Source of the DNA: an uncultured Enterobacterales bacterium
GTDB lineage: Bacteria > Myxococcota_A > UBA796 > CAZKWG01
Assembly (NCBI GenBank): GCA_964615375.1
Contig: CAZTOW010000023.1
Coordinates: 43,866-107,865 of the forward strand
Direction of reading: 5' to 3'
Length of the DNA: 64,000 nt
The notes below the pieces were generated by a model. It searched no databases and had not been told where the DNA came from. It worked only from the letters and a program-made list of their open reading frames with translations. Of the stretch, positions 8,270 to 20,316 are shown piece by piece. Within the stretch, counting starts at the first letter, position 1; each line of letters begins with the position of its first letter. Made by a program: the position numbers and the translations under genes.

Positions 8270-9514
8270 TCAGTTGTTGATGCCGAGGTGGTTCCACACG
8301 CCCTGGAAGCCGCCCCGATTGTAGTGGGGCAGCATCGTCCTGGCCGCGCCCGCGTCCACGCCAGGGTGGTACTCGACGTGCGGCAGGTCCTGGAAATTCC
8401 AGTCCCCACCCCACTCCAGCCCGTGGCCCTCGGCCTTGCGCCCGTAGCGCTGCCAGAGCTGGGCGTACTCGCCGCCGGTCTCCCAGTGCGGGGTGCCCTG
8501 CTCGTTCATGAAGGTGATGTCGGCGGCGACCCCGTAGTTGTGCCAGGACGATCCGCCGCGGGCGTTGGTGACCACCCGGCCCGGCCGCGTGCGGCCCTGG
8601 GCGTAGAGGTCGTTCTGCTCCTCGACGGTGCGCAGCCCGTCGGTGACGCGCATGTCCACGTTCTCCCGGCGCATGTCCTTGAGCGTGTCCGTGGCGCGGC
8701 TGACGAACTGGCCGTTCATGTTCGGGTTGCTCAGCCGGTTGCCGCGGTCGGCGTCGTGCAGGTTCAGCAGCGTGCGGGCCTGCTGACCCGTGCCCTCCTG
8801 CATGCGGATGCGGGAGTGGATGTCGTCGAAGATGCTGGTGCGACCCTCCTGGCCCGTGAGCTGGTAGGTGCCGTCCGTGCGGATGTTGCCCGCCACCTGC
8901 CCGTTCGCGCCGACCAGCTCGCCGTTGCGGATGGTGTAGTTCTGCCCGCCCACGCTGAAGTCGCCGCTGTCGGGGTTCAGCGCGTTCTGGTAGGTCTGGT
9001 AGCCCGCCTCCTTGTCCGTGTTCGAGTGATAGCCGGCGATACCCCGCAGGTACTGGCCGGTCATCTCGCTGGGCGAGCCCTGGAACTGCTGGAGGAGCGC
9101 GCCCTGCTGGGCGGCGGTGAGCGAGCTGAAGCTGGGGTCGGCGGTGAGCCGGTCGAGGGCGGCGATGGCGCGGGGGTTGTTGGTGAGCGCCGTGCGCACT
9201 GTGGTCGCCGTGACGTCCGTGTTCGAGCCCAGCGCGGGGACGTCGGGGTGGGGGTTGGTCTGGCCGCCGAGGGCGTTGGCCAGGCCCATGCCCGCCTGAG
9301 CGCCCAGCAGGCCCATGCCCGGGATCCCCGTCATCATCCCCGCCGCACCGCCGACCGCGCCGCCGATGCCCTGCAGCAGCGCCTGGTTGCCCAGGGCGCC
9401 CTGCATCCAGGAGAGCGGGTTCCCGAGCCCGGCGAGCGGGCTCTGCGGCTCCTGGGCGGGGGTCTGCTGATCGGTGGTCTGAGCGGTCTGGAGGCTCTGT
9501 CCGGCCACGCGCAC
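8270..9514 (-). CDS. Peptidoglycan hydrolase: C-terminal M15-family (CwlK / VanY-like) zinc peptidase with a long Gly/Met/Gln-rich N-terminal region
   Basis: C-terminal motifs DGLRTVEEQNDLY, SWHNYGVAADI (H..D zinc ligands), LEWGGDW and DLPHVEY (third His). The N-terminal ~250 aa have no signal peptide. GTG start at 9514, with an alternative GTG at 9508. Confidence 0.8.
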   Translation of the reverse strand: MRVAGQSLQTAQTTDQQTPAQEPQSPLAGLGNPLSWMQGALGNQALLQGIGGAVGGAAGMMTGIPGMGLLGAQAGMGLANALGGQTNPHPDVPALGSNTDVTATTVRTALTNNPRAIAALDRLTADPSFSSLTAAQQGALLQQFQGSPSEMTGQYLRGIAGYHSNTDKEAGYQTYQNALNPDSGDFSVGGQNYTIRNGELVGANGQVAGNIRTDGTYQLTGQEGRTSIFDDIHSRIRMQEGTGQQARTLLNLHDADRGNRLSNPNMNGQFVSRATDTLKDMRRENVDMRVTDGLRTVEEQNDLYAQGRTRPGRVVTNARGGSSWHNYGVAADITFMNEQGTPHWETGGEYAQLWQRYGRKAEGHGLEWGGDWNFQDLPHVEYHPGVDAGAARTMLPHYNRGGFQGVWNHLGINN

Positions 9515-9583
9515 CTCGGGGAGAATGCTCCAGTATGCGAGCGCGCGGGGCCTCCGATCAAGGGCCCTACGTTACGATCTGGT

Positions 9584-9610
9584 GACGATCGCGTCCTGGA
9601 CGCGATCGTC
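9584..9610. terminator. Perfect 13-bp/13-bp palindrome (GACGATCGCGTCC t GGACGCGATCGTC); terminator hairpin or operator
   Basis: Read directly from the sequence. It lies 10 nt downstream of the stop of the minus-strand gene ending at 9620 and upstream of the M15 gene start at 9514. No U-tract. Confidence 0.4.
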
Positions 9611-9619
9611 TGCGCTCGG

Positions 9620-10492
9620 TCAGGGGAGCTGCTCCACCATGGGGCCGTAGGTGTCGGGGCGCCGGTCGCGGAAGAACTGCCAGACCTGGCGGACCTCCTC
9701 GATCTGGTCCAGGTTGCAGTCGGCCACCACCAGCTCGTCCTCGGTCTCCGAGCCCGTCGCCAGGAACTGCCCGCGCGGGTTCACGATGTAGGAGGTCCCG
9801 TAGAAGTGCCCGATGTTCCAGGGCGCCTCCGAGCCGACGCGATTGGACGCGGCCACGAAGTAGCCGTTGGCGACGGCGTGCGCGGGCTGCTCCAGCTTCC
9901 AGAGGTACTGGGAGAGGCCGGCGACGGTGGCTGAGGGGTTGAAGACGATCTCGGCGCCGTTCAGGCCGAGGATGCGGGCGCCCTCGGGGAAGTGGCGGTC
10001 GTAGCAGATGTAGACGCCGATGCGCGCGTAGCGGGTCTGGAAGGTGGGATATCCCAGGTTCCCGGGCTTGAAGAAGTACTTCTCCCAGAATCCGGACGTG
10101 TGGGGGATGTGGTTCTTGCGGTAGATCCCCAGCGTGCTGCCGTCGGCGTCCAGGACGACCGCGGTGTTGTAGTAGACGCCGGCCATGGCGCGCTCGTAGA
10201 TGGGGACGACCATGGCCATGTGGTACTTCTGGCAGTAGGGGCGCAGGCGCTCGACCGTGGGCCCGTCGATGGGCTCGGCCGCGCCGTACCAGCGCTTGTC
10301 CTGGCCGGGGCAGAAGTAGGGACCGTTGAAGATCTCCTGGAGCCCGAGGATCTGGACGCCCTGCTCGCCGGCCCGCTCGATGAAGGGCAGGTGCTTCTGG
10401 AACATCGCCTCCTGGATGTCGGAGAGCGGGACGCTCTCGTCGTTCACGGGGTTGCTCGCCTGGATCAGGCCGACCTTGACGATGCGGGGCAT
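9620..10492 (-). CDS. Nitrilase-superfamily C-N hydrolase, beta-ureidopropionase / N-carbamoyl amidase-like
   Basis: ATG 10492 (MPRIVKVGLIQ). Glu-Lys-Cys triad context: LQEIFNGPYF, YRKNHIP, ICYDRHFPE. The upstream part of the 487-aa track ORF is Pro/Arg-rich and non-coding-like. Confidence 0.85.
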   Translation of the reverse strand: MPRIVKVGLIQASNPVNDESVPLSDIQEAMFQKHLPFIERAGEQGVQILGLQEIFNGPYFCPGQDKRWYGAAEPIDGPTVERLRPYCQKYHMAMVVPIYERAMAGVYYNTAVVLDADGSTLGIYRKNHIPHTSGFWEKYFFKPGNLGYPTFQTRYARIGVYICYDRHFPEGARILGLNGAEIVFNPSATVAGLSQYLWKLEQPAHAVANGYFVAASNRVGSEAPWNIGHFYGTSYIVNPRGQFLATGSETEDELVVADCNLDQIEEVRQVWQFFRDRRPDTYGPMVEQLP

Positions 10493-10502
10493 GGAGGGCT
10501 CC

Positions 10503-11981
10503 TCAGTAGATGTTGCTGGTGCGGCGGGCCGCGGTGTGGTTGATGTAGACGGTTTTGTCCTCGGCGTAGAAGCGCCAGGCCTCCGGGCCCATCTCCTTGG
10601 GGCCGGTGCCGGTGTTCTTGACGCCGCCGAAGGGCAGGTGCGCCTCGCCGCCCACGGTGGGGTTGTTGATGTGGGTGATGCCGGTGTCCAGGTGCTGGAT
10701 GACCTGGAAGGCGGCCCCGAGATCGCGCGTGAAGACCGAGCTGGTGAGCCCGTAGGGCACGGCGTTGGCGGCGGCGATGGCGTCCTCCACCGAGCGCACG
10801 CGCACGACCGAGAGCACCGGCCCGAAGATCTCCTCGGTCGCGATGCGGGCGTCGGGGGCGACGTGGTCGAAGACGGTGGGGGAGGGGAAGAAGCCCCGGG
10901 AGAGCGCGCCGTCCGTGGCCCGCGCGCCGCCGGTGACCAGGCGGGCCTCGCCGCGGCCGACCTCCATGTAGGAGAGGACCTTCTCCATCTGCCGGGCGCT
11001 GACGCTGGGGCCCATGGTGGCCTGGCTGTCCAGCGGGTGGCCGGGTCTGACCTTCGACGCGAGGGTGGCGAGCTGCTCGACATAGGCGTCGGCCACGCTC
11101 TCCAGCACGATGGCCCGGCTCGTGGCGGTGCAGCGCTGGCCGGTGGAGCCGAAGGCCCCGGCGGCGGTGGCGCCGGCGGCGAGCTCGAGATCAGCGTCCT
11201 CCAGCACGAGGATCGGGTTCTTCCCGCCCATCTCGCACTGCACGCGCTTGTGCAGGGCCCCGCAGCGGGCCTCGACGAGGAGGCCGACCTCGGTGCTGCC
11301 GGTGAACGAGATCGCGGCCACGTCGGGGTGATCGATGAGCGCCTTCGCCGGCTCGGCGTCGCCGTGGACGATGTTCACCACGCCCGCGGGGAAGCCCGCC
11401 TCCAGGCAGAGCTCGCCGATCAGCTGGGCGCTGGCGGGGGTCTCGGGCGCCGGCTTGAGGACCACGGTGTTGCCGGCGACCAGGGCGGGCGCCATCTTCC
11501 ACAGCGGGATGCAGACCGGGAAGTTCCAGGGCGTGATCAGCCCGACCACGCCGAGCGGGCGCCAGAGGGTGAGCGCGTGCGTGCCCGGGATCTCCGACGC
11601 GATGGACTGCCCGTTCATTCGACGGGCATCGCCGGCGGCGAACTCCACGTAGCGGATGGCCTTGAGCACCTCGCCGCGGGCCTCGCCGAGCAGCTTGCCC
11701 TCCTCCATCGCCAGCGTGCGGGCCAGCCTGTCCAGATCGCGCTCCAGCAGGCGCACGAGGTTGAAGAGGAGCTGCCCGCGGGCGGGGGCGGTGGTGTCCG
11801 CCCAGCGGCGCCGCGCGGCCTTCGCGGCCTCGATGGCGGCGTTCATCTCGTCAGCGCCAGAGACGGGGGCGCTGCCCACCACCTGGTCGGGGTCGGCGGG
11901 GCAGGTGTTCGGCGCCGTGCGCGCGCCGCCGTGGAAGACGCCGCCGATGAGGTTCTTCGCGTCGATGGTCTCGTAGGTCAA
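10503..11981 (-). CDS. NAD(P)-dependent aldehyde dehydrogenase
   Basis: ITPWNFP, VLKPAPETP, FTGSTEVG, catalytic ECGGKN-equivalent EMGGKNP, GQRCTA catalytic Cys, EEIFGPV. Start is uncertain: TTG 11981 (MTYETIDAKNLIGG, preceded by GGGAG) or ATG 12053, which would overlap the divergent gene start. Confidence 0.85.
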   Translation of the reverse strand: MTYETIDAKNLIGGVFHGGARTAPNTCPADPDQVVGSAPVSGADEMNAAIEAAKAARRRWADTTAPARGQLLFNLVRLLERDLDRLARTLAMEEGKLLGEARGEVLKAIRYVEFAAGDARRMNGQSIASEIPGTHALTLWRPLGVVGLITPWNFPVCIPLWKMAPALVAGNTVVLKPAPETPASAQLIGELCLEAGFPAGVVNIVHGDAEPAKALIDHPDVAAISFTGSTEVGLLVEARCGALHKRVQCEMGGKNPILVLEDADLELAAGATAAGAFGSTGQRCTATSRAIVLESVADAYVEQLATLASKVRPGHPLDSQATMGPSVSARQMEKVLSYMEVGRGEARLVTGGARATDGALSRGFFPSPTVFDHVAPDARIATEEIFGPVLSVVRVRSVEDAIAAANAVPYGLTSSVFTRDLGAAFQVIQHLDTGITHINNPTVGGEAHLPFGGVKNTGTGPKEMGPEAWRFYAEDKTVYINHTAARRTSNIY

Positions 11982-12051
11982 GTCCGTGCTCCCCGGGATG
12001 AAGGGGGATTCAAGACCAGGGGGCGGGGAGCTGTCAAGCGGGCTATCCAGC

Positions 12052-12420
12052 ATGCTCTCCCTCGGAGGCCCCGTGTCGCTCCCCGTCTGGGCGCAGGCCG
12101 CGCTGCTGCTCGCGCTCTCCAACGTCTTCATGACCTTCGCCTGGTACGCCCACCTCAAGGAGCTGAACGACAAGCCCTGGTGGATCGCCGCGCTTCTCAG
12201 CTGGGGGGTGGCCCTCTTCGAGTACCTGATCCAGGTGCCGGCCAACCGCATCGGCCACGCCGAGCTGAGCCTCCCGCAGCTCAAGATCATGCAGGAGGTC
12301 ATCACGCTCACCGTCTTCGTGCCCTTCGCCCTCTTCTACATGCACCAGCCGCTGAAGCTGGATTACCTGTGGGCCGCGCTGTGCATGCTCGGCGCCGTCT
12401 ACTTCATCTTCAGGAGCTAG
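12052..12420 (+). CDS. Small DMT-superfamily membrane protein (DUF486-like)
   Basis: About 122 aa with 4 predicted helices. NVFMTFAWYAHLK and LKIMQEVITL are motifs typical of DUF486/DMT small transporters. Confidence 0.7.
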   Translation: MLSLGGPVSLPVWAQAALLLALSNVFMTFAWYAHLKELNDKPWWIAALLSWGVALFEYLIQVPANRIGHAELSLPQLKIMQEVITLTVFVPFALFYMHQPLKLDYLWAALCMLGAVYFIFRS

Positions 12421-12421
12421 C

Positions 12422-13108
12422 GTGAGCGAGGAGACCGGGACGCTCCCACCCGAGCGCGTCAGGGCGATGTTCGACCGCATCGCCCCCGTCTATGACCGGA
12501 TGAACCGGGTGATGACCGCGGGGCTGGACCGCCGCTGGCGCCGGCGGGCCATCGGGCTGGTCGTGCGGCCGGGGGCGCGGCACCTGGACGCCTGCTGCGG
12601 GACCGGGGATCTGGCGGTGCTGGCCGAGGGCGCGGGGGCCGAGGTCACGGGCCTGGACTTCTCGGCGCGGATGCTGGACATCGCGCGGGGACGCTCGTCC
12701 GGCGTGGCCTGGCTCCAGGGGGACCTCATGGCGCTGCCCTTCGAGGACGCGAGCTTCGACAGCGCCACGGTGGGCTTCGGGATCCGCAACGTCTCCGGGC
12801 TGGAGCAGGCGCTGGGCGAGCTGCGCCGCGTGCTGCGGCCGGGCGGCACGCTGGGCATCCTGGAGATCACGCGGCCTCGCGGGGTCATCAAGCCCTTCTT
12901 CAGCCTGTGGTTCGACACGCTGGTCCCGGCCGTGGGGCGCCTGCTCCCGACGGGCGGGGCCTACACCTACCTGCCAGCCAGCGTGCGGCGCTTCCCCGGG
13001 GCGGAGGCCCTGGCGGCGCTGATGGAGCGGGCCGGCTTCGAGGATGTGCGCTTCGAGCTCATGGGCGGGACCATCGTGGCCCTGCACACCGGGCGACGCG
13101 CCGGCTGA
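12422..13108 (+). CDS. ubiE: Demethylmenaquinone / ubiquinone C-methyltransferase (UbiE/MenG)
   Basis: VRAMFDRIAPVYDRMNRVMTAGLDRRWRR, SAM motif LDACCGTGD, FGIRNV, YTYLPASVRRFP. GTG start 2 nt after the previous stop. Confidence 0.9.
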   Translation: MSEETGTLPPERVRAMFDRIAPVYDRMNRVMTAGLDRRWRRRAIGLVVRPGARHLDACCGTGDLAVLAEGAGAEVTGLDFSARMLDIARGRSSGVAWLQGDLMALPFEDASFDSATVGFGIRNVSGLEQALGELRRVLRPGGTLGILEITRPRGVIKPFFSLWFDTLVPAVGRLLPTGGAYTYLPASVRRFPGAEALAALMERAGFEDVRFELMGGTIVALHTGRRAG

Positions 13109-13109
13109 A

Positions 13110-14090
13110 TCAGCGCGCGCGAAGAAGCGTCTCCGCGTCCGGGGCCGTGAGCAGCTCGTCCGTCCAGGCGCCGATCTGGTCGAGATCCGCCGCCTGGATC
13201 CGCGCGAGCAGGACCTCGGAGAGCGGGCCGAAGCGCCGCTCCAGCAGCCGGGTCAGGAGCTGGCGCTGGCCGACGATCTGCCCTTCCTGGTGCCCTTCCT
13301 GGCGGCCTTCCTGGACCCCAATCTGGAAGCCCTCTTTGCGACCTTCGCGACGAAGCTGGCTGGCGTAGCTCATGAAGACCTCTCCTGGAGGATAACCTGC
13401 CTCCGCTGCAAGTTCACGCGCGAAGCCCGGAGGTGGGGGCTCGCGCGCTGTCTCCGCCGCGTACTCCAGGCAGAGCTCCAGGTGTCGGGCCTCCCCCCGG
13501 TCGAGGAGCAGGCGCACGAGGCTCGCCTCTCGGAGCAGGAGCGGCCAGGGCTCCCGGTCCGAGGCCGCGCCGAGCAGCAGCAGGCCGAGTCGCAGGCCCG
13601 GCTCCGCGGGGAGCGCATGCGGCGGCGTTCGCCGCAGATCGAGGAGCGCGTAAGGGAAGGTGGGGAGCAGCGCGGGGAGGGTCTCCCGCTGCGCGGGCAG
13701 GTCGGCGAAGCGTCGTCGCAGGTTCGTGGGCGTCGTCCAGGCCGGGCGGCCCGAGTAGACCAGCCCGGCCACGATGGGCGGGACAGGGCCTCGTTGCGCC
13801 TTCAGGCGGTCTCTGCACAGCGTGAGCGCCGTCTCCATCATGCGCAGGTCCATGCGCGGGTCCGGGCGCGCCTGGTGCTCGAGCACGAAGAGGACGCGCC
13901 CGCCGGCGGAGAGCGTGAGCTCGACGAGCCCGTCCGGGGTGCGCGCCCGCCGCGCCCCGCTGAGCGCCGTGTCCCGGTGGCGCGCCGAGGCTGCCGCGAG
14001 CTCCACCGGGAGCAGGACCCGAAGCAGGGCCAGCGCCCGCGCGGGCGGGCGGATCAGGGATTTGAAGAAGCGATCATGAGGCTGGGGCAA
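13110..14090 (-). CDS. Rpn-family recombination-promoting nuclease / YhgA-like putative transposase with a DUF4351-like tail
   Basis: N-terminal PHDRFFKSL signature plus VLFVLEHQARPD (PD-(D/E)xK core). C-terminal EGRKEG..QEGRQEGHQEG followed by LLTRLLERRFGPL.... Confidence 0.8.
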   Translation of the reverse strand: MPQPHDRFFKSLIRPPARALALLRVLLPVELAAASARHRDTALSGARRARTPDGLVELTLSAGGRVLFVLEHQARPDPRMDLRMMETALTLCRDRLKAQRGPVPPIVAGLVYSGRPAWTTPTNLRRRFADLPAQRETLPALLPTFPYALLDLRRTPPHALPAEPGLRLGLLLLGAASDREPWPLLLREASLVRLLLDRGEARHLELCLEYAAETAREPPPPGFARELAAEAGYPPGEVFMSYASQLRREGRKEGFQIGVQEGRQEGHQEGQIVGQRQLLTRLLERRFGPLSEVLLARIQAADLDQIGAWTDELLTAPDAETLLRAR

Positions 14091-15132
14091 GCGGACACCC
14101 GGAGCGGGGAGCTCCGCCCGCTTAGCCCTGGGGTGGAAGGGGGGCGAATTCGTGCGGACAGAAAATGTCCGCTTGGGTCGCAGGCCCTGATCGAGAGTTC
14201 AGATTCCTGCGCGCATCCTGCCCAGGAGCTCCGCCATGTCCTGCGGGAGCGGCGCGTCGACGACCAAAGGCCTGCCGCTGATCGGGTGCAGCACCCCCAG
14301 GCGCGCCGCGTGCAGCGCCTGGCGAGGGAAGGCCGGACCTCGCGGCTGCTCGGCCGAGCGGTAGAGGCGCTCGCCGACGATGGGGCAGCTCATCAACTGG
14401 CAGTGGAGCCGGATCTGGTTGCGCCGGCCGGTCTTCAGCCGCACCTCCAGGAGCGCGCCCCCCGCGAGGCGCTCCTGGACCCGCCAGTCGGCCTCGGCCA
14501 GCACGGCCTCCGGCGCCCCGGGCCGCGTCGGGCGCTGGACCCGGCGGGCGCGGTCCCAGGCCATCCAGTCGGCGAAATGACCCGATGTCCCTGGGATCTC
14601 CCCCGCCACCACCGCGAGGTAGACCCGCTCCGGGCGCTGGGCGTGGAGCTGCTGGTCCAGGCGCTGGGCGGCCTGAAGCGAGCGCGCGAAGAGCACGACG
14701 CCGGTGGTGTCGCGGTCGAGGCGGTGGACGACGTGGGCCTCGCCGCCGAGCAGGGCGCGGACGCGCTTGCGGAGCGTGTCCTCCTCGCGGCGCTGCTCCT
14801 CGCTTGCGGCGTCGGTGAGCAGGCCGGGCGGCTTGCTGACCGCGATCAGCGCCTCGTCCTGGTAGAGCACGGTCACGCCCGCCCGCGAGAGCGCCTCGCG
14901 CCCGCGGGAGCGCTCCAGGCTGGTCCCGGGTCGGTTCCACTGGACGGCCAGGCGGGCGCCCTCGGGGAGCGGCCGGGCGGCGTCCGCGGGCCCCACGGGC
15001 TGGTCGTCGAGCGTGATCTTGCCGCTCTCCAGCGCCTCCCGCGCGCGCTGCCGCGAGCCCACGCTGGGGATGGCGGCCACGAGGCGGTCCAGGCGCTGCC
15101 CGGCTCGCCCCGCGTCCACGCTCAGCGTGTCC

Positions 15133-18636
<3,504 letters not shown>

Positions 18637-18716
18637 GTGAACCCCCGTTCAGGGGGTGGAGTATACATGGCCCGGGGTGGAGGTCAGCGGCCCACCGATG
18701 AGATAGACCTGTTCGG

Positions 18717-19298
18717 ATGGATCTCCGCAGCCTACCGCGCCTCCCTCGCGCCTTCTACGAGGGCCACACCGTCGACGTGGCGCAGGCCCTGCTGGGCAAG
18801 CTGGTCGTGCGGGCCGGGCCCGAGGGGCTCCGGGCGGGGCGCGTCGTGGAGACCGAGGCCTACCACGGCCCGGAGGACAAGGCCTGCCACGCCGCGCGCG
18901 GGCTCACCCCCCGCACGGCCCCCATGTTCGGGCCCGCCGGCCGGGCCTACGTCTACCAGATCTACGGGATGTGGTTCTGCCTGAACACCGTGACCGGCTC
19001 CGAGGGCTTCCCCTGCGCCGTGCTCATCCGCGCGCTGGAGCCGGTGGGCGGCGTGTTCGGGCCCAAGGACGCCGCGGGCCCCGGCAAGCTCTGCCGCGCG
19101 CTGGATATCCAGCGTGGCTTGAACACCCACGACCTCGTGGGCGGCGACGCGCTGTGGCTGGCGGACGACGGGCACCGGGTCGAGCCCGAGCGGGTGCGTT
19201 GCGGCCCGCGGATCGGCGTGGACTACGCGGAGGAGTGGGCGCACACGCCCTGGCGCTTCTGGGTGGAGGGGAGCCGCTCGGTGTCGCGGGCGCGGTAG
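18717..19298 (+). CDS. mpg: DNA-3-methyladenine glycosylase (Mpg/AAG family)
   Basis: VAQALLGKLVVR, GRVVETEAYHGPEDKACHA, PRTAPMFGPAGRAYVYQIYGMWFCLNTV, GPGKLCRAL: the canonical Mpg family signature. Confidence 0.9.
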   Translation: MDLRSLPRLPRAFYEGHTVDVAQALLGKLVVRAGPEGLRAGRVVETEAYHGPEDKACHAARGLTPRTAPMFGPAGRAYVYQIYGMWFCLNTVTGSEGFPCAVLIRALEPVGGVFGPKDAAGPGKLCRALDIQRGLNTHDLVGGDALWLADDGHRVEPERVRCGPRIGVDYAEEWAHTPWRFWVEGSRSVSRAR

Positions 19299-19340
19299 CC
19301 ATCGGGCACCTCCGCCCTGTAAGCGCGATCGACACGCTCG

Positions 19341-19516
19341 CCCCGCCCCAGAGTCCTGGCCGCGTCGACCTCCGAGTTCTCAGTGTCTCTGTGGTGAATC
19401 CTTCGAAAGGTTTGATGCTATGCTGACTTTTTGGCTGGATTCTACAAGTTCTGAGACAGTCAACCACAGAGTGCGCAGAGGGCTCGGAGGTCGACGCGAG
19501 AGAGGTCGGGGCGGGG
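19341..19516. repeat. Imperfect long hairpin (9 + 16 + 9 bp complementary segments) enclosing an AT-rich ~65-nt centre
   Basis: CCCCGCCCC (19341-19349) and CGCGTCGACCTCCGAG (19361-19376) pair with CTCGGAGGTCGACGCG (19483-19498) and GGGGCGGGG (19508-19516). An inner CTCTGTGGT / ACCACAGAG pair is also present. The centre 19398-19465 is markedly AT-richer than the surroundings. Confidence 0.7.
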
Positions 19517-19644
19517 TGAGGGCTCATGGCCGCGCTCGATGTGGAGGGAGGGGGCTTCGCCGTCTGGGCCGGAGCTCGGTGGGGGCCTGGTCGGGCTCTC
19601 GGGGTGGACTTTGCGTTATCCTCTTCTACCTGCCCGGAGTCGCC

Positions 19645-20316
19645 ATGCCCCTCGCTGTCGTCCGCTCGCGCGTCGGTCCGCCCATCAACGGGCTGCTCTT
19701 CTCCTCGCCGGGCGAGCCCGCTGGGGCGGTGATCGTCCTGCACGAGTGGTGGGGCCTGAACGAGCAGATGAAGGGCTTCGCCACGCGGCTGGCGGGGGAG
19801 GGCTTCCTGACTCTGGCCCTGGATCTCTACGGGGGGCGGGTCGCGGCGGACGCGACGGAGGCTCGGGCGCTCTCTCAGGAGATGAAGACGCTGGAGGCGA
19901 TGGCCCAGGTACAAGCTGCGGTGGACTGGATCGCGGGGGAGCCGATCTGCAACGGCAAGGTGGGCGTCACCGGCTTCTGCCTGGGCGGCGGGCAGGCGCT
20001 GGCCGCGGCGTGCAATGTTGGGGGGCTCTCGGCGGTGGTTCCCTTTTATGGGCTGCCGCTGGCCCAGCATGCGGACTGGTCGCGGGTGACGGCGCCCATC
20101 CAGGGGCACTACGCGGAGCAGGACACCCACGTCAACATGGCCCGCCTGCCAGAGATCGAGGCGGCGCTGCAGGCCAGGAACGTTCCGGCGACCTTCTACC
20201 GATACCCGGCAGGGCACGCCTTCATGCGCGAGAACGATCCGACGGCGTACCACGCCGAGAGCGCCGCGCTGGCCTGGACGCGCATGCTCGGCTTCCTGCG
20301 CGAGCAGCTCGCCTGA
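19645..20316 (+). CDS. Dienelactone hydrolase family protein
   Basis: ATG 19645 (MPLAVV...). VIVLHEWWGLN, nucleophile motif GFCLGGG, final-His region YPAGHAF. The upstream part of the track ORF is Arg/Gly junk. Confidence 0.85.
   Translation: MPLAVVRSRVGPPINGLLFSSPGEPAGAVIVLHEWWGLNEQMKGFATRLAGEGFLTLALDLYGGRVAADATEARALSQEMKTLEAMAQVQAAVDWIAGEPICNGKVGVTGFCLGGGQALAAACNVGGLSAVVPFYGLPLAQHADWSRVTAPIQGHYAEQDTHVNMARLPEIEAALQARNVPATFYRYPAGHAFMRENDPTAYHAESAALAWTRMLGFLREQLA

Noticed and set aside
5912-9934. Long ORFs 5912-7675 (-) and 7850-9934 (+)
   Set aside because: These are antisense to the GH-A hydrolase, DUF2237, M15 peptidase and amidase genes, which all carry clear family motifs. The composition is Arg/Gly/Pro/Ala-biased with no motifs.
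12053-12053. ATG at 12053 as the start of the aldehyde dehydrogenase
   Set aside because: Not fully excluded. It would overlap the divergent DMT gene start by 2 nt and add 24 Pro/Ser-rich residues. TTG 11981 gives a typical ALDH N-terminus after a GGGAG, so I preferred that.
18641-18722. Shared GTTCAGGG(G)TG / GTATAC / ACCTGTTC(A/G)G motifs here and at 25040-25062
   Set aside because: The order and spacing differ between the sites. One copy overlaps a stop codon and another a start codon. With only two or three short occurrences, this is most likely coincidence.
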